Positions 18,289 to 28,153 of a stretch of DNA of 39,953 nt are shown here, in pieces (position 1 is the stretch's first letter; the number at the start of each line of letters is the position of its first letter). Origin of the DNA: a virus (lineage: Duplodnaviria > Heunggongvirae > Uroviricota > Caudoviricetes); the IMG/VR virus record IMGVR_UViG_2563366923_000006. The stretch is one strand, 5' to 3'. The notes beneath the pieces are model-generated. The model was not told the origin of the DNA. It did no database searches and saw only the letters and a list, made by a program, of their open reading frames with translations. A program made the position numbers and the translations under genes.

Positions 18289-19529
18289 TGTTCTTTTCGG
18301 GATTATTTCAACGAAAAAGTGACGCACCGGTGACCACGCCAGCAGAGCTGGCGGATGCTATCGGTTTGTCCTACGACACCTATACCGGAAAGCAGATCAG
18401 CAGCCAGCGGGCCATGCGACTGACGGCGGTTTTTTCCTGTGTCAGGGTGCTGGCGGAGTCGGTCGGGATGTTGCCCTGCAACCTGTATCACCTGAACGGC
18501 AGCCTGAAGCAGAGAGCCACTGGCGAACGTCTGCATAAGCTGATCTCCACGCATCCCAATGGCTATATGACGCCGCAGGAGTTCTGGGAGCTGGTGGTCA
18601 CCTGTCTGTGCCTGCGGGGAAACTTTTACGCCTACAAAGTGAAAGCATTTGGCGAAGTGGCTGAACTGCTGCCCGTCGATCCCGGCTGTGTGGTACCGAA
18701 GCTTAACAGTAGCTGGGAGCCGGTCTATCAGGTCACATTCCCGGATGGCTCCACGGATGTACTGAGCCAGGAGGATATCTGGCATGTGCGCACGCTGACG
18801 CTGGACGGACTGGTGGGGCTGAATCCCATCGCCTATGCCCGCGAGGCAATATCGCTGGCGGCAGCGACCGAAGAGCACGGGGCCAGACTGTTCAGCAATG
18901 GCGCGGTGACGTCGGGTGTGTTGCGTACAGAGCAGACGCTGTCAGATCAGGCTTATGAGCGCCTGAAGAAAGATTTTGAGGAGCGTCACACCGGGCTTGG
19001 CAATGCTCACCGCCCGATGATCCTTGAGATGGGGCTGGACTGGAAGTCGATGGCGCTGAACGCCGAGGACAGCCAGTTCCTGGAAACCCGCAAGTTTCAG
19101 CTTGAAGAAATCTGTCGTCTGTTCCGGGTGCCGTTGCACATGGTGCAGAACACCGATCGCGCCACCTTCAACAATATCGAAGAGCTGGGGCTGGGATTTA
19201 TCAACTATTCACTGGTGCCGTATCTGACCCGCATCGAACAGCGGATCAACACCGGACTGGTACGAAAAAGTAAGCAGGGCGTTTATTACGCCAAATTTAA
19301 CGCCGGGGCGTTACTGCGCGGGGATATGAAGTCCCGTTTTGAAGCCTACGCCACCGGGATCAACTGGGGAATTTACTCTCCCAATGACTGCCGCGACCTG
19401 GAAGATATGAATCCGCGTCCCGGTGGTGATGTCTATCTCACACCGATGAACATGACCACGAAACCCTCCGATGGCAGTAAAGCCGGTAAGCAGAAGGATA
19501 ACGCCAATGCAGACGAAACAACGTCTTGA
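18288..19529 (+). CDS. Portal protein (HK97 family)
   Basis: Size, order and sequence pattern; GGAGG upstream of GTG. Confidence 0.85.
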   Translation: MFFSGLFQRKSDAPVTTPAELADAIGLSYDTYTGKQISSQRAMRLTAVFSCVRVLAESVGMLPCNLYHLNGSLKQRATGERLHKLISTHPNGYMTPQEFWELVVTCLCLRGNFYAYKVKAFGEVAELLPVDPGCVVPKLNSSWEPVYQVTFPDGSTDVLSQEDIWHVRTLTLDGLVGLNPIAYAREAISLAAATEEHGARLFSNGAVTSGVLRTEQTLSDQAYERLKKDFEERHTGLGNAHRPMILEMGLDWKSMALNAEDSQFLETRKFQLEEICRLFRVPLHMVQNTDRATFNNIEELGLGFINYSLVPYLTRIEQRINTGLVRKSKQGVYYAKFNAGALLRGDMKSRFEAYATGINWGIYSPNDCRDLEDMNPRPGGDVYLTPMNMTTKPSDGSKAGKQKDNANADETTS

Positions 19530-20157
19530 TGTACCGCTGAGTCTGAAATCTGTCAGTGACTCCGGTGAGTTTGAAGGGTATGGCTCCGTCTTTGGTGTAA
19601 AGGACAGCCACGATGATGTGGTGATGTCCGGGGCATTTGCTGCTTCCCTGCGGGCGTGGAGTGACAGAAAAGCGTTACCTGCGCTGCTCTGGCAGCACCG
19701 CATGGATGAGCCCATCGGAGTTTACACCGAAATGAAGGAAGACGATGTCGGGCTTTACGTCAGGGGGCGGTTGCTCATTGATGATGATCCCCTGGCAAAA
19801 CGCGCACATGCACACATGAAGGCCGGTTCGTTAACCGGCCTTTCTATTGGGTACGTCCTGAAAGACTGGGAATACGACCGGACGAAAGAAGCCTTTTTGC
19901 TGAAAGAAATCGACCTCTGGGAAGTCAGTCTGGTGACGTTTCCGTCTAACGACGAGGCGCGGATCAGCGACGTCAAGAACGCGCTGGCCCGCGGGGAAAT
20001 CCCTGAACAGAAAAAAATCGAAAGAGTCCTGCGTGATGTCGGACTCTCCCGTACCCAGGCCAAAGCATTCATGGCCGGGGGCTATGGCGCACTGTCCCTG
20101 CGCGACGCTGAGGATGTGGGCTCTGCACTGAATGCACTGAAAAATCTGAACTTCTAA
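19507..20157 (+). CDS. Prohead protease (HK97 family)
   Basis: Position between portal and capsid; AAGGA upstream. Confidence 0.8.
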   Translation: MQTKQRLDVPLSLKSVSDSGEFEGYGSVFGVKDSHDDVVMSGAFAASLRAWSDRKALPALLWQHRMDEPIGVYTEMKEDDVGLYVRGRLLIDDDPLAKRAHAHMKAGSLTGLSIGYVLKDWEYDRTKEAFLLKEIDLWEVSLVTFPSNDEARISDVKNALARGEIPEQKKIERVLRDVGLSRTQAKAFMAGGYGALSLRDAEDVGSALNALKNLNF

Positions 20158-20171
20158 TCAGGAGAAATACG

Positions 20172-21377
20172 ATGGCGGTTGATATTAAAGATGTGGAACA
20201 GGTCGCGCAGGAGCTGCAGCAGAAGTTTGACGACTTCAAGGCAAAGAACGACAAGCGCGTGGATGCGATTGAGCAGGAAAAAGGCAAACTTGCCGGGCAG
20301 GTGGAAACCCTGAACGGGAAACTCAGCGAGCTGGAAAATCTCAAAAGCGATCTTGAAAAAGAGCTGCTTGAGCTGAAACGTCCGGCAGGTGGTGTGCAAA
20401 ATAAACTGGCCACTGAGCATAAAGAAGCGTTTGTGGGCTTTCTGCGTAAAGGCCGTGAAGACGGTCTGCGCGATCTGGAGCGCAAGGCATTACAGGTGGG
20501 CACCGATGAAGACGGTGGCTATGCCGTGCCGGAAGCACTGGATCGCAACATTCTCACCCTGCTGAAAGATGAAGTGGTGATGCGCCAGGAAGCTACGGTG
20601 ATCACTGTTGGCGGTTCCGACTACAAAAAACTGGTGAATCTGGGCGGTACGGCTTCCGGATGGGTGGGGGAAACGGATACGCGATCCCAGACTGCCACCC
20701 CCAGACTGGAGCTGATTGAACCTCTCATGGGGGAAATTTACGGCAACCCGCAGGCTACCCAGAAAATGCTGGACGATGCCTTCTTCAACGTGGAGGCCTG
20801 GATCAACAGCGAGCTGGCAACCGAATTTGCCGAACAGGAAGAAATTGCCTTTACCTCAGGCGATGGCACCAAGAAGCCGAAAGGGTTCCTGGCGTATGAA
20901 TCCACTGATGAAAACGACAAGGTCCGGGCGTTCGGCAAACTTCAGCATATTGTATCCGGCGAAGCGACGGCGGTGACCGCAGACGCCATTATCAAACTGA
21001 TTTACACGCTGCGTAAGGCACACCGCACTGGCGCGAAGTTCATGATGAACAACAACAGCCTGTTTGCCATCCGTCTGCTGAAAGACACCGAGGGTAACTA
21101 TCTGTGGCGTCCGGGGCTGGAACTGGGGCAGCCGTCCTCTCTGGCGGGTTACGGTATCGCTGAAAACGAACAGATGCCGGATATCGCCGCTGATGCGAAA
21201 GCCATTGCATTTGGTAACTTCAAACGGGGTTACACCATCGTTGACCGTATCGGCACCCGCATTCTGCGTGACCCGTACACCAATAAACCGTTTGTCGGTT
21301 TTTATACCACCAAGCGCACCGGCGGGATGCTGGTCGATTCGCAGGCCATCAAACTGCTGAAGATTGCAGCGGCGTAA
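20172..21377 (+). CDS. Major capsid protein (HK97 fold) with N-terminal coiled-coil delta domain
   Basis: Coiled-coil N-terminal ~100 aa followed by capsid domain; position after protease. Confidence 0.9.
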   Translation: MAVDIKDVEQVAQELQQKFDDFKAKNDKRVDAIEQEKGKLAGQVETLNGKLSELENLKSDLEKELLELKRPAGGVQNKLATEHKEAFVGFLRKGREDGLRDLERKALQVGTDEDGGYAVPEALDRNILTLLKDEVVMRQEATVITVGGSDYKKLVNLGGTASGWVGETDTRSQTATPRLELIEPLMGEIYGNPQATQKMLDDAFFNVEAWINSELATEFAEQEEIAFTSGDGTKKPKGFLAYESTDENDKVRAFGKLQHIVSGEATAVTADAIIKLIYTLRKAHRTGAKFMMNNNSLFAIRLLKDTEGNYLWRPGLELGQPSSLAGYGIAENEQMPDIAADAKAIAFGNFKRGYTIVDRIGTRILRDPYTNKPFVGFYTTKRTGGMLVDSQAIKLLKIAAA

Positions 21378-21426
21378 TCACTCAGGGGCGTGGAACCGCG
21401 CCCCCTGTTCTGACGGGTGAAGAATC

Positions 21427-21618
21427 ATGATCCTGAAACAAGATCTGAAATGGTCACCGGACGGTATGCGTGTTGAGGTCATTCGGGCCGGTGAGTATGA
21501 CGACGGGGCGCTTCCTGCCCGGGTGCAGGAGATTGCACTTCAGGCCGGGTTAGCAGAGCGCGGAACCAGTGCAAAAAGCAGTAAAGCGACAAAAGAGAAA
21601 AAAAGCCACGACCAGTAA
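21427..21618 (+). CDS. Hypothetical small protein
   Basis: 63 aa between capsid and connector genes. Confidence 0.4.
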   Translation: MILKQDLKWSPDGMRVEVIRAGEYDDGALPARVQEIALQAGLAERGTSAKSSKATKEKKSHDQ

Positions 21619-21630
21619 AGAGGGCTGAGT

Positions 21631-21954
21631 ATGCTTCTGACAATGGAAGAGATTAAAGCCCAACTCAGGCTGGATGAGGATTTCGATGCTGATGACCGCC
21701 ATCTGCAACTGCTGGCCTGTGCGGCGCAAAAGCGGACGGAAACGTATCTGAACCGGAAGCTCTATGCTCCGGATGAAACCATTCCGGACAGCGATCCGGA
21801 CGGGCTGCACCTGCCGGATGATATTCGTCTGGGGATGCTGATGCTTATCAGCCATTTTTACGAAAACCGCTCGTCGGTTACGGAAGTGGAGAAACTCGAC
21901 ATGCCGCAGAGTTTTGGCTGGCTTGTCGGCCCGTACAGGTACTTTCCGCAATGA
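21631..21954 (+). CDS. Head-tail connector (gp6-like)
   Basis: Size and position; pattern recalled from gp6-like adaptors. Confidence 0.7.
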   Translation: MLLTMEEIKAQLRLDEDFDADDRHLQLLACAAQKRTETYLNRKLYAPDETIPDSDPDGLHLPDDIRLGMLMLISHFYENRSSVTEVEKLDMPQSFGWLVGPYRYFPQ

Positions 21955-22361
21955 AAATTCGTCAGGCGCAGACCAGCGCAACCTACATTCTGCCGGACCC
22001 CGGTGAACTGAATAAACGCGTCCTGATCCGCCAGCGGGTGGATATGCCCGCGGATAACTTTGGCGTGGATCCTCAATACCCGGTTGCGTTCCGGACATGG
22101 GCGAAGGTTGTCCAGACCAGTGCCACCACCTGGCAGGAAACCGCGCAGACCGGGGACGCCATCACCCATTACATCACCATTCGTTACCGCCGGGGGATCA
22201 CCGCTGATTATGAGGTGGTCTGCGGTGACAGTGTGTACCGGGTGAAACGTCAGCGCGATCTGAACGGGGCGCGGCGCTTTCTGCTGCTGGAGTGTACGGA
22301 ACTGGGCGAATTTACGCAGAGTCACGGAGGCAGCAATGGCGACTCCCTTTTTTCACGTTGA
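21951..22361 (+). CDS. Head closure / head-tail joining protein
   Basis: Translationally coupled; typical position. Confidence 0.65.
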   Translation: MKIRQAQTSATYILPDPGELNKRVLIRQRVDMPADNFGVDPQYPVAFRTWAKVVQTSATTWQETAQTGDAITHYITIRYRRGITADYEVVCGDSVYRVKRQRDLNGARRFLLLECTELGEFTQSHGGSNGDSLFSR

Positions 22362-22842
22362 TGTTCAGCAGCCCGCGGAGATGCGCTTTAACCGTGCCCG
22401 TGTCCGGCGGGCGTTTGTCACGATTGGGCAGCGTCATATGCGTGATGCCCGTCGGCTGGTGATGCGCCGTGCGCGGTCGGCACCGGGTGAAAACCCCGGT
22501 TATCAGACCGGACGCCTGGCTCGTTCGATTGGTTACATGGTGCCGAGAGCCAGTAAAAAGCGAGCCGGTTTTATGACACGCATTGCCCCTAACCAGCGCA
22601 ACGGGAAGGGGAACCGGATGATCTCTGGTGACTTCTATCCGGCGTTTCTGTTTTTTGGTGTCCGGGGAGGAGCAAAGCGTCGTCGCAGCCATCATCGTGG
22701 TGCATCCGGTGGCAGCGGCTGGCGACTGGCTCCACGTAATAACTTTATGGTGGAAACGCTTGAAAAGAACCGCAGCTGGACACGCTATTTTCTGGCGCGG
22801 GAATTACGTAAATCACTGAAGCCGGAGCGACGACACAGATGA
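22336..22842 (+). CDS. HK97 gp10-like tail component
   Basis: Basic protein at the expected position; GGAGG SD. Confidence 0.65.
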   Translation: MATPFFHVDVQQPAEMRFNRARVRRAFVTIGQRHMRDARRLVMRRARSAPGENPGYQTGRLARSIGYMVPRASKKRAGFMTRIAPNQRNGKGNRMISGDFYPAFLFFGVRGGAKRRRSHHRGASGGSGWRLAPRNNFMVETLEKNRSWTRYFLARELRKSLKPERRHR

Positions 22843-23399
22843 AACTGACGCCTGTTATTGCTGCGCTGCGTGCCCGCTGCCCGTATTTTGAAAACCGGGT
22901 GGCAGGCGCGGCACAGTTCAAAAATCTGCCGGAGGTCGGAAAGCTGAGACTCCCGGCGGCGTATGTGGTACCGGGTGATGACTCTCCGGGAGAAAACAAA
23001 AGCCAGACCGACTACTGGCAGGAGCTGAAAGAGGGCTTCTCCGTGGTTGTCATACTGAGTAACGGGCGTGATGAGCGCGGTCAGTTTGCTTCGTATGATG
23101 TGGTGGACGATGTCCGGCAGATGCTCTTTAAGGCCCTGCTGGGCTGGAACCCGGAAGCGTGCGGTAACCCGATTACCTATGACGGCGGCACGCTGCTGGA
23201 TCTGAATCGTCATGAGCTGATTTATCAGTTCGATTTTTCGGTCATCAGCGAGCTGACCGAAGACGATACCCGCCAGCAGGATGACCTGAACAGTCTGGAT
23301 GAACTGCGAACGCTGGCGATTGATGTTGATTATCTCGATCCCGGTAACGGGCCTGACGGCGATATCGAACATCACACCGAAATAACCCTTCCTTCCTGA
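22839..23399 (+). CDS. Tail terminator / completion-like protein
   Basis: Position immediately before the sheath module. Confidence 0.55.
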   Translation: MKLTPVIAALRARCPYFENRVAGAAQFKNLPEVGKLRLPAAYVVPGDDSPGENKSQTDYWQELKEGFSVVVILSNGRDERGQFASYDVVDDVRQMLFKALLGWNPEACGNPITYDGGTLLDLNRHELIYQFDFSVISELTEDDTRQQDDLNSLDELRTLAIDVDYLDPGNGPDGDIEHHTEITLPS

Positions 23400-23407
23400 G
23401 AATCTTC

Positions 23408-23578
23408 ATGTTTGTGAAACCTGTTAAAGGGCGGTCAGTGCCTGACCCTGCCCGCGGTGACCTTTTGCCCACCGAAGGGCGAAATGTTGATGAGAACAAC
23501 TACTGGCTGCGCCGTGAAGCAGCGGGTGATATCCGGCGCGTGAATAAAAAGGTGAACACCGATGACGATAAGCTTTAA
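23408..23578 (+). CDS. Small Mu-type tail-module protein (DUF2635-like), 56 aa
   Basis: Below the ORF-track size cutoff; MFVKPVKGRSVPDP ... pattern recalled from Mu-like tail modules. Confidence 0.5.
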   Translation: MFVKPVKGRSVPDPARGDLLPTEGRNVDENNYWLRREAAGDIRRVNKKVNTDDDKL

Positions 23579-25058
23579 CACCATTCCGTCGAATACGCTG
23601 GTTCCGCTGTTTTATGCGGAAATGGATAACTCGGCGGCGAATACTGCACAGGACAGCGGAGCATCGCTGCTGATTGGTCATGCCAATAACGGTGCAGAGA
23701 TTGTTGCCAACAGTCTGGTGCTGATGCCGTCGGCAGACTATGCACGCCAGATTTGTGGTGCGGGAAGTCAGCTGGCGCGTATGGTCGAGGCTTATCGCCA
23801 GACCGACCCGTTTGGTGAGCTGTATGTGATTGCCGTTCCTGAATCCACGGGCGCGGCGGCAACGGTTACGCTGACGGTGACCGGGGCGGCAACCGAAACC
23901 GGCACGGTTAATGTTTATGTGGGACGTACCCGCGTACAGGCACCGGTGACCAACGGCGATAACGTTGCGACGATTGCCAGCAGTATCAAAGATGCCATCA
24001 ATGCCGTTCCGGCCCTGCCGTTTACGGCTTCATCTTCGGCAGGCGTGGTCACACTGACCGCGCGTCATAAGGGGCTTTGCGGGAATGAAATTCCTGTCAG
24101 CCTCAATTACTACGGGTTTGGTGGGGGCGAAGTGCTGCCAGCGGGCGTACAGATTGCCGTGGCGACGGGTACCGCCGGAACGGGCGCTCCGGTTCTCACC
24201 GGCGCGGTGGCTGCAATGGCGGATGAGCCGTTTGATTATATCGGCCTGCCGTTCAACGACACGGCCTCCGTTAACACGCTGGTGACCGAGATGAACGATA
24301 CCAGCGGTCGCTGGAGCTATGCGCGTCAGCTGTATGGTCATGTGTATACGGCAAAGATCGGCACGCTGTCAGAACTGGTGACCGCAGGTGACCAGTTTAA
24401 CCAGCAGCACATTACCCTGGCGGGATACGAAAAAGACACTCAGACGCCAGCCGACGAGCTGGCGGCAAGCCGTACCGCCCGCGCAGCGGTGTTTATTCGC
24501 AACGATCCGGCACGTCCCACGCAGACCGGTGAGCTGGTGGGTATGCTGCCTGCGCCGAAGGGGAAACGGTTCACGATGACCGAGCAACAGACCCTGCTGT
24601 CTCATGGCGTGGCAACGGCGTATGTCGAAAGTGGGGTACTGCGCATTCAGCGTGATGTCACCACGTACAGGAAAAACGCTTACGGGGTTGCGGATAACAG
24701 CTACCTCGACAGTGAGACGCTGCATACCAGCGCGTATGTACTGCGCAAACTGAAATCCGTCATTACCAGTAAGTACGGGCGTCACAAGCTTGCCAGTGAC
24801 GGTACCCGCTTTGGTCCCGGTCAGGCGATTGTCACCCCGGCGGTGATCAAAGGGGAACTGCTGGCAACCTACCGTCAGCTCGAGCGTGCGGGGATCGTGG
24901 AAAACTACGAACTGTTTAAGCAGTACCTGGTTGTGGAGCGTGATGCCAGCGATCCGAACCGCCTGAACACGCTGTTCCCGCCTGACTATGTTAACCAGTT
25001 GCGTGTCTTTGCCGTGGTTAACCAGTTCCGTCTTCAGTATTCAGAGGAGTCTGCATAA
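23562..25058 (+). CDS. Tail sheath protein (Mu gpL-like)
   Basis: 498 aa; followed by tube and chaperone with frameshift. Confidence 0.85.
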   Translation: MTISFNTIPSNTLVPLFYAEMDNSAANTAQDSGASLLIGHANNGAEIVANSLVLMPSADYARQICGAGSQLARMVEAYRQTDPFGELYVIAVPESTGAAATVTLTVTGAATETGTVNVYVGRTRVQAPVTNGDNVATIASSIKDAINAVPALPFTASSSAGVVTLTARHKGLCGNEIPVSLNYYGFGGGEVLPAGVQIAVATGTAGTGAPVLTGAVAAMADEPFDYIGLPFNDTASVNTLVTEMNDTSGRWSYARQLYGHVYTAKIGTLSELVTAGDQFNQQHITLAGYEKDTQTPADELAASRTARAAVFIRNDPARPTQTGELVGMLPAPKGKRFTMTEQQTLLSHGVATAYVESGVLRIQRDVTTYRKNAYGVADNSYLDSETLHTSAYVLRKLKSVITSKYGRHKLASDGTRFGPGQAIVTPAVIKGELLATYRQLERAGIVENYELFKQYLVVERDASDPNRLNTLFPPDYVNQLRVFAVVNQFRLQYSEESA

Positions 25059-25414
25059 TGGCCCGTATCGGGGGAACCTGTTATTTCAAAATTGACGGTC
25101 AGCAGCTATCGCTGACCGGCGGCATTGAGGTGCCCATGAACAAAACGGTTAACGATGACATCATCGGCCTGGACGGTTCAGTGGACCGCAAGGAAACTCA
25201 CCGTGCACCTTATGTCAAAGGGACCTTCAAGGTGCCGAAGAATTTTCCGGTGAGCAAAATCACCTCATCTGATGAGATGACCATCACTGCCGAGCTGGCG
25301 AACGGTCAGGTCTATGTACTGTCGTCTGCCTGGCTGCACGGCGAAGCGAACCATAATGCCGAAGAAGGCACGGTCGATCTTGAGTTCCACGGTGAAGAAG
25401 GGGATTACCAGTAA
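25058..25414 (+). CDS. Tail tube protein (Mu gpM-like)
   Basis: AGGAG SD, TAATG overlap with sheath. Confidence 0.8.
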   Translation: MARIGGTCYFKIDGQQLSLTGGIEVPMNKTVNDDIIGLDGSVDRKETHRAPYVKGTFKVPKNFPVSKITSSDEMTITAELANGQVYVLSSAWLHGEANHNAEEGTVDLEFHGEEGDYQ

Positions 25415-25683
25415 TGAAAGAGCTTGAGTTAAAGAAACCGATTACCGCTCATGGCGAGACACTCTCCGTACTGGAGTTTGATGAGCCCACCGGGAAAGAT
25501 GTCCGCGAGCTGGGATATCCCTACCAGATGAATCAGGATGAGTCCGTCAGACTTCTGGCGCATGTGGTATCGAAATACATCGTGCGGCTGGCGAAAGTGC
25601 CGCAAAGCTCTGTCGACCAGATGTCTCCGGCAGACCTGAATGCAGCGGCGTGGCTTGTGGCCGGTTTTTTCCTCCAGGCCTGA
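25414..25683 (+). CDS. Tail assembly chaperone
   Basis: Position between tube and tape measure; slippery site near 3' end. Confidence 0.7.
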   Translation: MKELELKKPITAHGETLSVLEFDEPTGKDVRELGYPYQMNQDESVRLLAHVVSKYIVRLAKVPQSSVDQMSPADLNAAAWLVAGFFLQA

Positions 25684-25832
25684 CGGCTGAATACCTCACT
25701 GATCGCTTCTTTGACTGCGCCAGTTACTGGCGCATTAATCCCTTCGAATTGCTGAATATGCCGATCAGTGAAATTCCCTTGCTGGTCAGTCAGGCAAACA
25801 GGATAGAGCAGGAGAAACGCACACATGGCTGA
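25650..25832 (+). CDS. -1 frame extension of tail assembly chaperone (programmed frameshift at T TTT TTC, 25665-25671)
   Basis: Slippery heptamer in zero frame; -1 frame stays open to the start of the tape measure gene. Confidence 0.6.
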   Translation: MACGRFFPPGLTAEYLTDRFFDCASYWRINPFELLNMPISEIPLLVSQANRIEQEKRTHG

Positions 25833-27660
25833 ATTTGAGCTTAAGGCGTTGATCACCGGTGTCGACAGGCTTTCTCCCGCGCTGTCGAAAATGCAAAAGA
25901 AAATCCGGGGATTTAAACGCCAGGCGGAAGAAGCGTCACAGGGTGGGCTGGCGCTTGGTGGCGGACTGGCAGCGGGTCTGACGCTTTCCCTGAAATCTTA
26001 TGCCGATCAGGAAAACGCCGCCACCGGGCTGAAAGTCGCCATGATGGATGCGAACGGCGAGGTTGGAAAGAGCTTTCAGGACATCAATAAACTGGCTATT
26101 GGCCTGGGTAACCAGCTACCCGGTACAACGGCTGATTTCCAGAACATGATGCAGATGCTGGTGCGTCAGGGGATCCCGGCAGAAAACATTCTTGGTGGTG
26201 TGGGTAAAGCGACAGCTTATCTTGCGGTACAACTGAAAAAAACACCGGAAGCGGCTGCTGAGTTTGCTGCAAAGATGCAGGATGCTACCGGAACGGCGTC
26301 AGAAGACATGATGGGGCTGTTCGACACTATCCAGAAGGCGTTTTATCTGGGCGTTGACGATACCAACATGTTGTCCTTCTTCACTAAAACCAGTTCTGTT
26401 CTGAAGATGGTGAACAAGGACGGTCTTCAGGCTGCACAGAGCCTTGCCCCCATCAGCGTCATGATGGATCAGATGGGGATGAACGGGGAGTCGGCAGGTA
26501 ATGCCCTGCGAAAAGTTATCCAGTCCGGATTAAGCGTTAAGAAAATCAGGGACGTCAATAAAGTCATGGCCCGCCAGAGACTCGGGGTACAGCTCGATTT
26601 TACTGACGGCAAAGGAAGTTTTGGCGGTCTTGATAACATGTTCAGGCAACTGGCAAAGCTGCGAAAACTGACCGACGTTAAGCGAACAGGTGTACTTAAG
26701 GCAATATTTGGTGATGATGCCGAAACCCTTCAGGTGGTCAATGCACTAATCGATAAAGGAAAGGATGGCTACGATCAGATCCAGCAGAAGATGAATAAAC
26801 AGGCCAGCCTGAATAAACGTGTTCAGGCACAGCTTGGTACGCTGTCCAACCTGTGGGAGGCAATGACGGGGACCGCAACTAACGGCCTTGCGGCTATTGG
26901 CGGCGCATTTTCTGGTGACGCCAAAAATATTACGCAATGGCTGGGGGAGTTGGGGGAAAAATTCACGAAGTTTGCGGATGAAAATCCCCGGGTTATTCGC
27001 GGCGTCGTCGGGCTTGCTGCCGGTCTTGCGATTCTGAAACTGGGATTGATGGGCGTTGGCGGTGCCATCAGTATTGTCAGCAGGATCATGTCGATGACGC
27101 CGATTGGCATGATTGCGACGGCGATAGCCCTGGCTGCGGGATTAATTATCACTAACTGGGATGTTGTCGGACCTTATTTCAAGAAGCTCTGGGAAACCAT
27201 TGGTCCTTATTTTGAGGCTGGCTGGGAACTTCTGAAGAAGGTTTTTGCCTGGTCGCCGCTGGGGATGGTAATCAATAACTGGGGACCGGTTGTTAAGTGG
27301 TTTCAGGATATGTGGGACAAGCTGAAGCCAATTATTGAGTGGTTTACCGACAGTTCCGGTGACACGGTCGATGCCATTAACTCGGCGCAGTGGGGCGCGG
27401 GTGCTTATGATGCTTATGGGACGGGAATACCGGCGCGGGGATACACACCTTATCCGGCGGTAGATCCGGCTCAGTCAAACAACGCCTCCGATGCTACAGG
27501 CCCGAATCCCTTCATGATTAACAAAGCTTCTGCGCCAAAAGTTGACGGTGAGATCAAGGTCTCTTTTGTGAATTCGCCTCCGGGTATGCGGGTTATGGAA
27601 ACGCGATCCAGCGGTTTTGATATAAATCACGATGTTGGCTATACGCATATTGGCAGATGA
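25825..27660 (+). CDS. Tail tape measure protein
   Basis: 611 aa, Ala/Gly-rich with hydrophobic segments. Confidence 0.85.
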   Translation: MAEFELKALITGVDRLSPALSKMQKKIRGFKRQAEEASQGGLALGGGLAAGLTLSLKSYADQENAATGLKVAMMDANGEVGKSFQDINKLAIGLGNQLPGTTADFQNMMQMLVRQGIPAENILGGVGKATAYLAVQLKKTPEAAAEFAAKMQDATGTASEDMMGLFDTIQKAFYLGVDDTNMLSFFTKTSSVLKMVNKDGLQAAQSLAPISVMMDQMGMNGESAGNALRKVIQSGLSVKKIRDVNKVMARQRLGVQLDFTDGKGSFGGLDNMFRQLAKLRKLTDVKRTGVLKAIFGDDAETLQVVNALIDKGKDGYDQIQQKMNKQASLNKRVQAQLGTLSNLWEAMTGTATNGLAAIGGAFSGDAKNITQWLGELGEKFTKFADENPRVIRGVVGLAAGLAILKLGLMGVGGAISIVSRIMSMTPIGMIATAIALAAGLIITNWDVVGPYFKKLWETIGPYFEAGWELLKKVFAWSPLGMVINNWGPVVKWFQDMWDKLKPIIEWFTDSSGDTVDAINSAQWGAGAYDAYGTGIPARGYTPYPAVDPAQSNNASDATGPNPFMINKASAPKVDGEIKVSFVNSPPGMRVMETRSSGFDINHDVGYTHIGR

Positions 27661-27676
27661 CGGAACCAGATATAAT
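27650..27676 (+). promoter_or_regulatory. Moron promoter candidate (TTGGCA-N15-TATAAT)
   Basis: Sigma70-like hexamers read directly. Confidence 0.45.
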
Positions 27677-27712
27677 TTGTCTTTAAGTTTGTTATCAACT
27701 GAAGGGAAATCT

Positions 27713-28090
27713 ATGGGTCTGTTACATGCCATTATAGGTAATGCCGGTGAAATTAATGCATCAGATGCACAACAGGAATTAGGGGCTGTTTTAGGTGAGG
27801 GAGAAAATGTCGAACTTGCCTATAAACTCATTCGTGACCAAATTATTCTGACTAACAGAAGGTTAATTTTTATTGATAAGCAGGGTGTCACAGGGAAAAA
27901 AGTAGAGTATCGTTCGATTCCTTATAAATCTGTGACAAACTTTTCTATTGAAACCGCCGGGCATCTTGATCTTGATGCTGAAATGAAGATATGGATTTCT
28001 GGTATTGCAGAACCGATAAAAAAACAGTTCAGTAAAGGAGCAAACATTTATAAATTGCAGGCTCATCTGGCTCAAAAAATAGCAGGGTAA
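27713..28090 (+). CDS. AT-rich moron protein with bacterial PH-domain-like pattern
   Basis: GAAGGGAAA upstream; composition visibly AT-richer than flanks; own promoter and terminator. Confidence 0.6.
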   Translation: MGLLHAIIGNAGEINASDAQQELGAVLGEGENVELAYKLIRDQIILTNRRLIFIDKQGVTGKKVEYRSIPYKSVTNFSIETAGHLDLDAEMKIWISGIAEPIKKQFSKGANIYKLQAHLAQKIAG

Positions 28091-28116
28091 ACCTTACATT
28101 AATTTATGTCTTTCAT

Positions 28117-28139
28117 GCCCACTTCGGTGGGCTTTTTTA
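28117..28139 (+). terminator. Rho-independent terminator after moron
   Basis: GCCCAC-TTCG-GTGGGC followed by TTTTTT. Confidence 0.75.
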
Positions 28140-28153
28140 TATCCGGAGTTTAT

